This document shows positions 10,479 through 18,403 of a stretch of 64,000 nt of DNA, in pieces (positions within the stretch are counted from its first letter, which is position 1; every line of letters begins with the position of its first letter). The stretch comes from an uncultured Thermoleophilaceae bacterium (GTDB lineage: Bacteria > Actinomycetota > Thermoleophilia > Solirubrobacterales > Thermoleophilaceae): NCBI GenBank assembly GCA_963825345.1, contig CAWGSQ010000008.1:11063-75062 (forward strand), read 5' to 3'. Made by a program: the position numbers and the translations under genes. Below the pieces are notes generated by a model, which worked only from the letters and a program-made list of their open reading frames with translations, ran no database searches and was not told the DNA's origin.

Positions 10479-10975
10479 GCGCGCTCGAGCACCACGATCG
10501 GGATCTCGCGCGTGCCGGCCCGGACCTTGTACGTCGCGTAGCCGGCGTAGTAGTCGACCGCCTCGTCCCAGAGCCGGGCGCGCTCGTCGCCCTCGGCCTC
10601 TCGCGCGACGTAGTTTCCGGTGGTCCCGCGGGGGCCCAGGAACTTGACGCGCGGGTTGGCGCGGATGTTGTGCAGCCAGGCCGGGTGACGAGGCGCACCG
10701 CCCATCGAGGCGATCAGGACCACGTGGTCCCCGTCACGAATGAAGAGCAGCGGGATCCTCCTGACCTCGCCGCTCTTCGCGCCGACGGATTCGAGCATGC
10801 CCACCTGCTGGCCGACGCTGATGCTCAGGCGACCACGCGAGAGCGGGAGCAGCACCCGGTCCACCCGCATCGCCACGTTGATGTAGAACCAGGAGCCCGG
10901 CTTCGACTGGGCGAACCGCTCGCCGAGGCGCTCGATCCCGCTCACTTGACGGCGGCGCGCCGTTCCGGTGCTCAT
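10475..10975 (-). CDS. deazaflavin(F420)-dependent nitroreductase-family protein (DUF385)
   Basis: 166 aa. The motifs GRLSISVGQQVGMLESVGAKSGEVRRIPL, HPAWLHNIRANPRV and a tail ending IPIVVLERA fit the DUF385/Ddn-like family. Confidence 0.8.
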   Translation of the reverse strand: MSTGTARRRQVSGIERLGERFAQSKPGSWFYINVAMRVDRVLLPLSRGRLSISVGQQVGMLESVGAKSGEVRRIPLLFIRDGDHVVLIASMGGAPRHPAWLHNIRANPRVKFLGPRGTTGNYVAREAEGDERARLWDEAVDYYAGYATYKVRAGTREIPIVVLERA

Positions 10976-10977
10976 GT

Positions 10978-12189
10978 GTGCAAGCTATACCGGTGCTCGA
11001 CCTCGCCGCAGTGCGCTCGCAGTTCCCGGCCCTGGCCTCCGACGCCGCCTTCTTCGACGGCCCCGGCGGCTCGCAGGTGCCGCAGTCGGTGATCGATGCC
11101 GTTACCGGGTGCCTGCGCGATGCGAACGCCAACCTCGGCGGCGCGTTCGCCACGTCCCAGGCGGCGGACGAGCTGATGGAGCGGGCGCGCGCGGCGGCCG
11201 CCGACTTCACCGGCGGCGAGTACGAGGGCATCGCGTTCGGCGCCAACATGACGACGCTCAACTTCCAGCTCGCGCATGCCGTTGCGCGCACGATGTCACC
11301 GGGCGACGAGATCGTCGTGACCGCGCTCGACCACGACGCGAACGTGTCGCCGTGGCTCGTGGTCGCCGGGGATCACGACCTCGTGGTACGTACGGCGCCG
11401 CTGCGGGCCGAGGACGTGACGCTCGACATCGACGCCCTTGAGGAGCTGATCGGCGAGCGCACCCGTGTGGTCGCGTTTACCCTGGCCTCGAACGCGGTCG
11501 GTTCGATTCCGGATGCCGGGCGGATCGTGGCGGCCGCTCACGACGCCGGCGCACTGGCTTGGGCTGACGCGGTCCACATGGCGCCGCACCGGCGGCTGCG
11601 CGCACGCGAGCTTGGACTCGACGTGCTGCTCTGCTCGCCGTACAAGTTCTTCGGGCCGCACCTCGGAATCGCGTCGATCCGGCCCGACCTGGCGGCGTCC
11701 CTCCCGGCAGACCGCGTGCGGCCGGCGGCCGAGCACCCGCCCGGGCACCGCTTCGAGACCGGCACCCAGTCGCACGAGGCCATCGCGGGGGCGCTCGCCG
11801 CGATCGAGTACCTGCGCGAGCTTGGCGGCCGTGAAGCGGACGGCGACCTCGACGCCGCCTTCGCGCTGATCGAGGAGCACGAGACGAGCCTGACCGCGCG
11901 ATTCCTCAGCGGCCTGCCTGACGGGGTCGAGCTCTACGGGATAAGGACGCCGGAGGGCCGAACGCCGACGTTCTGCTTCAACATCGAGGGAAGCCGCCCC
12001 CGAGACGTCGCCGAGCTGCTGGCCGAGCGCGACCTCTACGTTTGGGACGGCGACTACTACGCGCTCGAGCCGATGCGAGCCCTGGGCCTCGCCGACAGCG
12101 GCGGCGCGGTGCGAGCCGGCTTCCTCCACTACACGACCGAGGACGAGGTCGACTGCCTGCTCGAAGCACTGACGGACCTGGCGCCGTAG
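10978..12189 (+). CDS. cysteine desulfurase-like class V aminotransferase
   Basis: 403 aa. LAAVRSQFPAL...FFDGPGGSQVPQSVIDAV...ALDHDANVSPW...SPYKFFGPH resembles the 'cysteine desulfurase-like protein' subfamily. GTG start lies 3 bp from the divergent DUF385 start. Confidence 0.8.
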   Translation: MQAIPVLDLAAVRSQFPALASDAAFFDGPGGSQVPQSVIDAVTGCLRDANANLGGAFATSQAADELMERARAAAADFTGGEYEGIAFGANMTTLNFQLAHAVARTMSPGDEIVVTALDHDANVSPWLVVAGDHDLVVRTAPLRAEDVTLDIDALEELIGERTRVVAFTLASNAVGSIPDAGRIVAAAHDAGALAWADAVHMAPHRRLRARELGLDVLLCSPYKFFGPHLGIASIRPDLAASLPADRVRPAAEHPPGHRFETGTQSHEAIAGALAAIEYLRELGGREADGDLDAAFALIEEHETSLTARFLSGLPDGVELYGIRTPEGRTPTFCFNIEGSRPRDVAELLAERDLYVWDGDYYALEPMRALGLADSGGAVRAGFLHYTTEDEVDCLLEALTDLAP

Positions 12190-12238
12190 CGCGACGGCCT
12201 CCCGGCAAAGCCCGCAAGGAGGGGGAAGAAACGCCGAG

Positions 12239-12260
12239 GCCCGGCCCGAGGCGGCCGGGC
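12239..12260 (+). terminator. GC-rich hairpin after the desulfurase-like gene
   Basis: GCCCGGCC-CGAGGC-GGCCGGGC, a perfect 8-bp stem with a 6-nt loop, 50 nt after the stop. No U-tract, which is common in high-GC actinobacteria. Confidence 0.35.
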
Positions 12261-12283
12261 GGCGTGCTTCACTGGTCGTTCCG

Positions 12284-13081
12284 ATGGAGAACGACCCCTT
12301 CGACGCCGCCGAGCAGTCCGCGGAGCCCGCTCCGCGCGGCGCGCCTCATCTGCGCCAGCGCGGCATGCGCACCGAGCCGTGCCGCTACGGCCAGTGTGAC
12401 GGCAGCGGCTGGATCGAGGTCGAGGAGACCAACGGCGCCCGCGAGTGCAGCTGCCGTCGCGAGCGCGTGGCCGCCGCGAGGGCGGCCCGGCTCGCCACGT
12501 CGATCCCGAGGCGCTACCTCGACGTGGACTTCGACCGCTGGCCGATCACCAACCTGGATCAGAAGATCGTTTCGTTCGTGAGGAAGTACTGCCGCCGCCT
12601 CGAGAAGAACATCGAGGACGGCACCGGCCTCTACTTCTACGGAGAGGTCGGGAGCGGAAAGACGAGCCTCGCCATGGTGGTCGCCAAGGAGGTGCTTCGC
12701 GAGCGCCGCTCGCTGGCGATCTTCTCGGGGCCGGACCTGCTCGCCAAGATCGTCTCGACCTACGAGGACCGCTCACCCGACACGTACCTCGGGCTGATGG
12801 AGCTGCTCGGAAGCGTCGACTTCCTGGTACTCGAGGACCTGGCGGTGGCGAAGCAGAGCGAGTGGCGCCTGGAACAGCTCTACGCCGTGATAAATAGGCG
12901 CTATCAGGACCGGCGGCCATTGTTGGTCACGGCCGACGTGGGTGCTCCGGAGCTGCTCGGCGAGCACATCGGGCCCCGCACCGGCTCACGCATTCTCGAG
13001 ATGTGCGAAGCGATCCCATTCCTCGACGGCGATCACCGTGTCAAGGCGACCACACCTGAGGACGTTCGGCTCGCGAGTTAG
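12284..13081 (+). CDS. DnaC/DnaI/IstB-like AAA+ ATPase with N-terminal 4-Cys zinc ribbon
   Basis: Walker A YFYGEVGSGKTSLA. Walker B DFLVLEDL. The downstream LYAVINRRYQDRRPLLVT is typical of helicase-loader/IstB ATPases. N-terminal CRYGQCDGSGW...ECSC. Confidence 0.7.
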   Translation: MENDPFDAAEQSAEPAPRGAPHLRQRGMRTEPCRYGQCDGSGWIEVEETNGARECSCRRERVAAARAARLATSIPRRYLDVDFDRWPITNLDQKIVSFVRKYCRRLEKNIEDGTGLYFYGEVGSGKTSLAMVVAKEVLRERRSLAIFSGPDLLAKIVSTYEDRSPDTYLGLMELLGSVDFLVLEDLAVAKQSEWRLEQLYAVINRRYQDRRPLLVTADVGAPELLGEHIGPRTGSRILEMCEAIPFLDGDHRVKATTPEDVRLAS

Positions 13082-13931
13082 CGCGGCGCTCGTGCTGGCG
13101 GGGCTTGTGCTGCCGGGGAGCGCGGCGGCGCAGGAGCGGACCGTCGAGACCGCCTCGTCGGGGGACGTGACCGCCGAGCTCTCGTACGTCAAGCGCCAGC
13201 GTGGGAAGGGTCAGTTCCGCTTCGAGGAGTTCCGCGACTTCCGGGTTCGCGTCCTTCGTGGCGGCCAGGTGCTCTACGACAAGCCGATCGGGAAGCCGTG
13301 CCAGCAGTTCTGCACGCCCACCGAGTCGGCCCTGACCCGCATGCACCTGGGCCTGCGTGACCTGAACGGCGACGGCGAGCCGGAGGCGATCGTGGACCTG
13401 TTCACCGGCGGGAGCAGCTGCTGCGTCTTCGTCTACGCGTTCGGCTTCGACCCCGCCGCCAACGTGTACCGGCGCGCTCGGCTCGACACCGGCGGCGGGT
13501 TCGTGGTGCGCGACTACGACCACGATGGCGTGCCCGAGCTCGTGGGCGACGACTTCCGCTTCCGCGGGCTCTTCACGTGTGGGGCCTGCGGCTCCCGGCC
13601 GATCCGGATCTGGCACTACGGCCTCAGGCGCTTCGAGGTTGTGACCCCCACGTTCCCGGCGAGCATCCGCACGCACGCGCGGCGCATGAAGCGCATCTAC
13701 GAGCGGGTGCGCCACAGAAAGGACGCGCCCGTGTTCGTGAAGGGCGCGCTCACTCCGTACGCGGCCGACCTCTGCCTGCTCGATCGCTGCGAGGCCGCCT
13801 TTCGCCTGGTGCGGCTCGCGATCCGGCGTGGCGAGCTGAACCGCCGTTCGGACTTCGACGTCTCGCCCCACGGCGCCGCGTACCTGAGCGCGCTCAAGCG
13901 CTTCCTGCGCCGCGCCGGCTACGTGAACTGA
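13038..13931 (+). CDS. secreted hypothetical protein with FG-GAP/VCBS-like DxDGDG motifs
   Basis: Track ORF 12942..13931. I prefer the in-frame GTG at 13038, which gives the signal-like N-terminus SRRPHLRTFGSRVSAALVLAGLVLPGSAAAQ. DLNGDGEPE and DYDHDGVPE motifs. The start is uncertain. Confidence 0.55.
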   Translation: MSRRPHLRTFGSRVSAALVLAGLVLPGSAAAQERTVETASSGDVTAELSYVKRQRGKGQFRFEEFRDFRVRVLRGGQVLYDKPIGKPCQQFCTPTESALTRMHLGLRDLNGDGEPEAIVDLFTGGSSCCVFVYAFGFDPAANVYRRARLDTGGGFVVRDYDHDGVPELVGDDFRFRGLFTCGACGSRPIRIWHYGLRRFEVVTPTFPASIRTHARRMKRIYERVRHRKDAPVFVKGALTPYAADLCLLDRCEAAFRLVRLAIRRGELNRRSDFDVSPHGAAYLSALKRFLRRAGYVN

Positions 13932-13934
13932 CGC

Positions 13935-14366
13935 CTAGGGAGCGGACTTGCGACGTCGCAGCGCGCGGCGCAGGGCCGCGCCTGTGGCGGCCATCCCGGC
14001 GCCGGCGGCGGCCACCGCGCCGGCCGCGAATCCGGTGAACGGCAGGGAAGCGTCGCCGCCACCCGTCGACCCACCTGCGCCCCCTCCGCCTGTCTCGGCT
14101 CCGGCGACGCCGCCACCACCCGCGCCACCTCCGCCGCCACCGCCGGAGGAGGTGTTCTCCCCACCGGCCAGGCCGCTATCGGGCGTGGTTCCCGGGGGCA
14201 GGTCGCCTCCCGAGGAAGTGCCGGGCGTGTCGGGTCCGCCAGGCGGCGAGCCGGGTACGAGCGGGCTGCTGACGCCCGCAACACCGAGCGGAAGGCCGGG
14301 AAGTGCAACGGCCGTGAGCTCGCGGAGCGTGCCGTAGTCCACAAGGGATGGCTTTTCGTACTGCAT
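13935..14366 (-). CDS. Gly/Pro-rich protein with C-terminal LPXTG sorting signal and lasso-leader-like N-terminus
   Basis: 143 aa. The C-terminus is LPFTG, then a hydrophobic stretch, then RRALRRRKSAP. The N-terminus is MQYEKPSLVDYGTLRELT. An in-frame TAG two codons upstream of the ATG excludes a longer N-terminus. Confidence 0.65.
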   Translation of the reverse strand: MQYEKPSLVDYGTLRELTAVALPGLPLGVAGVSSPLVPGSPPGGPDTPGTSSGGDLPPGTTPDSGLAGGENTSSGGGGGGGAGGGGVAGAETGGGGAGGSTGGGDASLPFTGFAAGAVAAAGAGMAATGAALRRALRRRKSAP

Positions 14367-14418
14367 CGGCTACACGATGAACGCGAGCCGAGATTCTCAA
14401 CTTGCGAGGTAGAAATGG

Positions 14419-14733
14419 CTACATGTCGCCGCCCAGGCGGTCCTCGACGCTTCGCACCTTGTCCTGAAGCGTCTGGCCGGGGCGGTCGCGGCGCTCGTCC
14501 AGCTTGAGCACGGTGTAGACGCGCTGCACGCCCTGCTGGAATGGCACGGCGTGCAGCTCGCCGACCACTGCGAGGATGTCCTCCGTCGTGCCCTCGAGCG
14601 ACGTGCCCATCGCGTGCATCTGGAAGCGCACGCGATCCTGCTTTTGCAGGCGGCGCTGGATCTCGGCGATGTACTCGCTCGCGCTGAGCTCCTGTCGGCC
14701 CAGCGCGAGCACTGTCAGGTCGGCGGTGGCCAT
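14419..14733 (-). CDS. MTH1187/YkoF-family thiamine-binding-like protein (DUF77)
   Basis: 104 aa. ...HAMGTSLEG...ILAVVGELHAV...VYTVLKLDERRD fits the small MTH1187 fold family. Confidence 0.8.
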   Translation of the reverse strand: MATADLTVLALGRQELSASEYIAEIQRRLQKQDRVRFQMHAMGTSLEGTTEDILAVVGELHAVPFQQGVQRVYTVLKLDERRDRPGQTLQDKVRSVEDRLGGDM

Positions 14734-14865
14734 CCGCCCTGGATTCGGGTTGGCTCGTGCCTACTCCGTCGGCGCCTGCGCCCTCCTGGCCCGCGTCGTC
14801 AGACGTCTCGGGGTTGTCGTCGTTCAGGGCGCCCGTCGACTCGTCGGGGGTCTCCTGTGACTCTT

Positions 14866-14904
14866 CGGTGGGGTTCTCTTCGGTCCCGGTGGGGTTCTCT
14901 TCGG
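14866..14904. repeat. 21-bp-period tandem repeat (2 x 18-nt identical core)
   Basis: CGGTGGGGTTCTCTTCGG occurs at 14866-14883 and again at 14887-14904, in the 206-bp gap between the MTH1187 start and the dehydrogenase stop. Confidence 0.8.
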
Positions 14905-14939
14905 TTTCCATGGGGCCCCTCTACCCGGGCCGAGGCGGC

Positions 14940-16457
14940 TCAGTCTCGAAGCGTGCGGCCCAGCGCCGCGGCGTGTCGCAGCAGCGGCGCCGCGCGGTAG
15001 CGCTCCTCGCGCCGCTCCTCCCAGAGCCCATCGAGCACGGCGAGCACATGATCGAGGCCGATCGCCTCGCTCCAGGCCACGGCGCCGCGCGGATGGGAGA
15101 GCCCGAGCGTGAGCCCGGTGTCCACATCGTCCGCTGAGCCCACGCCCTCGCTGATCGCGAAGGCCGCCTCGTTCACGAGCTGGCAGACGATCCGGCCCAA
15201 GACGAGCCCGGGAGCGTCCTCGACCCACTCGGCGAGAAAGCCCAGCTTCGAGAAGAACTCCTCGGCGGCGTCGGCGGCAAAGCGCTGAGTCACGGGCAGC
15301 CGGGTCAGCTCGACCAGGTGAGCCTCCTCCAGCGGCGGCAGCAGGTGAAAGCCGACGGCCCCCTGCTCGCCCCGGCCGACGAGGCTTGTGGCGGAGCACA
15401 GCACGAGCAGCGGAGCGCCGCCCGGAGGCGAGGGGTGCGGGCGCGGCCCGGCGTCCACCACCAGCTCGGTGGGGCCGCCCTCTCTGAGCTCGAAGCCGGC
15501 GGAGCGTGCCCGCTCGCGCAGGGCGTCCGCCAGGGGTCCCTCGCCGAGGATCGTGACGGTGGTGCCCTCACCGCCTCCGGGCTCGGGCGGCTCTGGATCG
15601 TCCGGCCGGTAGGGCGTGCCCTCGACGTACTCGTAGTAGCCGCGCCCGCTCTTTCGCCCTAGCCGGCCCGCGGCCACCATGCGCGACTGAATCGGGCTGG
15701 GGCGCCAGCGCGGCTCGCCGAAGGACAGCTCCGTGAACGACCTGGCGACCTCGAAGCCCACGTCGATCCCCACCAGGTCCATCAGCTCGAACGGGCCCAT
15801 CCGGAAGCCGCCGCCGAGCCGGCAGATGCGGTCGATCTGCTCGTGCGTGGCGGCGCGCTCCTGAAGTAGGCGCAGCCCCTCGGCCGAGAACGGGCGGCCG
15901 CAGCGGTTCACGAGGAAGCCCGGACCGTCGGCCGCGACGATCACGTCCTTTCCCATCGCCCTGCCGACCTCCTGGGCGAGCTCGAGCGCATGGTCCCCGG
16001 TCTGGTCGGCCCGGATCACCTCGAGCAGCCGCATCAGCGGCGGCGGGTTGAAGAAGTGCATCCCCACCACGTTCTCGGGCCGTGCGGCAGCACCCGCAAG
16101 CGATGTCACCGGAATCGACGAGGTGTTCGTGGCGAGCACCACATCGTCGCCGCAGATCAGTGACAGGGCGCCGAACACGTCGCGCTTCAGGTCAGGGCGC
16201 TCGGGCGCCGCCTCGATCACGAGGTCGCATGGAGCGAGCTCGTCGAGCGACGGCACCGGCTCGAGCAGGCTGGCCGCGTCCTCGTCCACGCGCCCCTTCT
16301 CGACCCACTTCGCCAGACCGCCTCGCGCGGCCTCTGCACCGCGCTCGAGCGCGTCCGGCTCAGGGTCATAGAGCAGCGTGCGCATCCCGGCAGCTGCGCC
16401 GAGCTGCGCGATGCCGGCGCCCATCGTGCCGGCGCCCACCACTCCCAGCACGGTCAC
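14940..16457 (-). CDS. 3-hydroxyacyl-CoA (3-hydroxybutyryl-CoA) dehydrogenase, long form
   Basis: GVVGAGTMGAGIAQ Rossmann motif, TNTSS, HFFNPPPLMRLLEV, GPGFLVNR, then the C-terminal dimerisation domain plus an extra C-terminal repeat. Confidence 0.9.
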   Translation of the reverse strand: MTVLGVVGAGTMGAGIAQLGAAAGMRTLLYDPEPDALERGAEAARGGLAKWVEKGRVDEDAASLLEPVPSLDELAPCDLVIEAAPERPDLKRDVFGALSLICGDDVVLATNTSSIPVTSLAGAAARPENVVGMHFFNPPPLMRLLEVIRADQTGDHALELAQEVGRAMGKDVIVAADGPGFLVNRCGRPFSAEGLRLLQERAATHEQIDRICRLGGGFRMGPFELMDLVGIDVGFEVARSFTELSFGEPRWRPSPIQSRMVAAGRLGRKSGRGYYEYVEGTPYRPDDPEPPEPGGGEGTTVTILGEGPLADALRERARSAGFELREGGPTELVVDAGPRPHPSPPGGAPLLVLCSATSLVGRGEQGAVGFHLLPPLEEAHLVELTRLPVTQRFAADAAEEFFSKLGFLAEWVEDAPGLVLGRIVCQLVNEAAFAISEGVGSADDVDTGLTLGLSHPRGAVAWSEAIGLDHVLAVLDGLWEERREERYRAAPLLRHAAALGRTLRD

Positions 16458-17221
16458 TGCCCGCGGAACTCCGGCTTGCGCTTCTCGAGGAAGGCGGTCA
16501 TGCCCTCCACGCGGTCCTCGGTGGCCATGGCGAGCTCGTACAGGCGCCGCTCGTGGTCGAGCCCCGCGGACATCGCCGTCTCCTCGGCGGCGAGCACGGC
16601 CTGCTTCGCGAGTCGGACCGCCAGCGGCGGCCGCTCCGCCACGGTCGCAGCGAGGTCGAGCGCCGCGTCGAGCCAGCCGTCGGCGGGCGCCACGCTCGTG
16701 ACGATGCCGAGCTCGTGCGCCTCGGCTGCCTCGATCCGCCGGCCGGTGAGCACCAGCTCCATCGCGCGCTGCTTGCCCATCACGCGAGCGAGCCGCTGCG
16801 TCCCTCCGCCGCCCGGGATGATCCCGAGCAGGATCTCCGGCTGGCCGAACTGCGCGCTCTCGGACGCCACGATCATGTCGCAGGCCAGCGCGAGCTCGCA
16901 GCCGCCGCCGAGCGCGTAGCCCGAGACGGCCGCCACGAGCGGCGTCCGGATCGCCGCGAGCCGCGGCCAGAAGCTTGCCGCGGGGGAGGTGAGCGCCTCC
17001 GCGAACGTCCGTTTCGCCATCGCCTTGATGTCGGCGCCGGCCGCGAACCAGTCGTCGCCTCCGGCGATCACGATGCAGCGCACGTCCGGGTCCGCGTCCC
17101 AGCCCTCGCAGAGCGCCGCCAGCTCCTCCATCAGCTCCGGGGACAGCGCGTTGCGCGCCTCCGGGCGGTCGAGGCGCGCGAGGCCGACGGCGCCGCGGGT
17201 CTCCGCGGAGACGGTGGCCAT
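16454..17221 (-). CDS. enoyl-CoA hydratase (crotonase family)
   Basis: 255 aa. RPEARNAL, AAGADIKAM and GYALGGGCELALACD are crotonase signatures. 4-nt overlap with the downstream gene. Confidence 0.9.
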   Translation of the reverse strand: MATVSAETRGAVGLARLDRPEARNALSPELMEELAALCEGWDADPDVRCIVIAGGDDWFAAGADIKAMAKRTFAEALTSPAASFWPRLAAIRTPLVAAVSGYALGGGCELALACDMIVASESAQFGQPEILLGIIPGGGGTQRLARVMGKQRAMELVLTGRRIEAAEAHELGIVTSVAPADGWLDAALDLAATVAERPPLAVRLAKQAVLAAEETAMSAGLDHERRLYELAMATEDRVEGMTAFLEKRKPEFRGQ

Positions 17222-17223
17222 CG

Positions 17224-18384
17224 CTACGGCACCAGCGCGTTGATGCCGGTCACGGACCTGGCGATGATCAGCTTCTGGATCTGGGACGTGCCCTCGTAGA
17301 GGGTCGTGACGCGAGCGTCGCGGAAATAGCGTTCCACGGGGTAGTCGTCCACGTAGCCGGAGCCGCCGTGCACCTGGATCGCCGTGCTCGCGCAGTTAAC
17401 GGCCGCCTCGGTCGCGTAGAGCTTCGCGATCGACGTCTCGGTGGTGTTCGGCTTGCCGCTGTCCTTCAGCCAGCCCGCGCGCCAGACGAGCCCGCGCGCC
17501 GCCTCGGTCTGCACCACCATGTCCGCGATCATCGCCTGCACGAGCTGGAACGAGGCGATCGGCCGGTCGAACTGCGTGCGCTCCTTGGCGTACGCCACCG
17601 ACGCGTCAACCGATCCCTGGCAGATCCCGACGCACCCGGCCGCCACGCTGTAGCGGCCCGAGTCGAGCGCCGACATGGCGATCTTGAAGCCGTCGCCGAT
17701 CTCTCCCATGAGAGCGCCGTCGGGCACCTCCACGCCGTCGAGCGAGAGCTCGGCGGTGTCGGAGCCCTTGAGCCCGAGCTTGCCGTGGATCTCCTGCGAG
17801 GAGAAGCCGGAGCTGTCCGTCGGCACGAGGAAGCAGGCGAGGCCCTTGTGCTTCTTCTCGGGATCGGTCTGGGCGAAGATCATCGCGAGCTTCGCGTAGT
17901 TGCCGAGCGAGATCCACATCTTGCCGCCGTTGATGCGCCAGCCGCCGTCGATCTTCTCGGCGCGCGTCTTCAGGTTCGCGGCGTCCGAGCCCGTGTCGGG
18001 CTCCGTGAGCCCGAAGCAGCCGAGCGCCTCGCCGGAGCAGAGCTTCGGCAGCCACTCCTGCTTCTGCTCTTCCGTGCCCCAGCGAACGATCGACGAGCAG
18101 ACGAGCGAGGTCACGACCGAGATCACGGTCCGCATCGCGGAGTCGTGGCGGCCGATCTCCTCGACTATCAGCCCGTAGGTGAGGTAGTCCGCGCCGCGGC
18201 CGCCGTACTCCTCGGGAACGATGGCGCCGAGGAAGCCCATGTCGGCCATCTGCTGCACCAGCTCGGTGTCGAAGTGCTCGTTGCGGTCGTTCTCGCGGGC
18301 GCGCGGGGCAACCTCGCGGTCGCTGAAATCGCGCGCGGTTTCGCGAATCAGCTTCTGCTCGTCAGTGAGTTCAAAGTCGATCAT
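17224..18384 (-). CDS. acyl-CoA dehydrogenase (short/medium-chain type)
   Basis: 386 aa. GCFGLTEPDTGSDA, the catalytic-base region YEGTSQIQKLIIAR, and FQLVQAMIADM. Confidence 0.9.
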   Translation of the reverse strand: MIDFELTDEQKLIRETARDFSDREVAPRARENDRNEHFDTELVQQMADMGFLGAIVPEEYGGRGADYLTYGLIVEEIGRHDSAMRTVISVVTSLVCSSIVRWGTEEQKQEWLPKLCSGEALGCFGLTEPDTGSDAANLKTRAEKIDGGWRINGGKMWISLGNYAKLAMIFAQTDPEKKHKGLACFLVPTDSSGFSSQEIHGKLGLKGSDTAELSLDGVEVPDGALMGEIGDGFKIAMSALDSGRYSVAAGCVGICQGSVDASVAYAKERTQFDRPIASFQLVQAMIADMVVQTEAARGLVWRAGWLKDSGKPNTTETSIAKLYATEAAVNCASTAIQVHGGSGYVDDYPVERYFRDARVTTLYEGTSQIQKLIIARSVTGINALVP

Positions 18385-18403
18385 GTGTTCCTAATTCTGC
18401 AAG

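Noticed and set aside
12284-13081. IS21-family element, suggested by the IstB-like ATPase.
   Set aside because: There is no IstA transposase ORF, no terminal inverted repeats and no target-site duplication nearby. GC content and codon usage match the host. I kept it as a DnaC/DnaI-like ATPase instead.
13935-14366. A complete lasso-peptide biosynthetic gene cluster around the leader-like ORF.
   Set aside because: No Asn-synthetase-like cyclase, transglutaminase-like protease, PqqD-like RRE or ABC exporter lies within at least 10 kb. The putative core lacks the Asp/Glu needed for macrolactam formation. Only the leader-like motif itself is reported.
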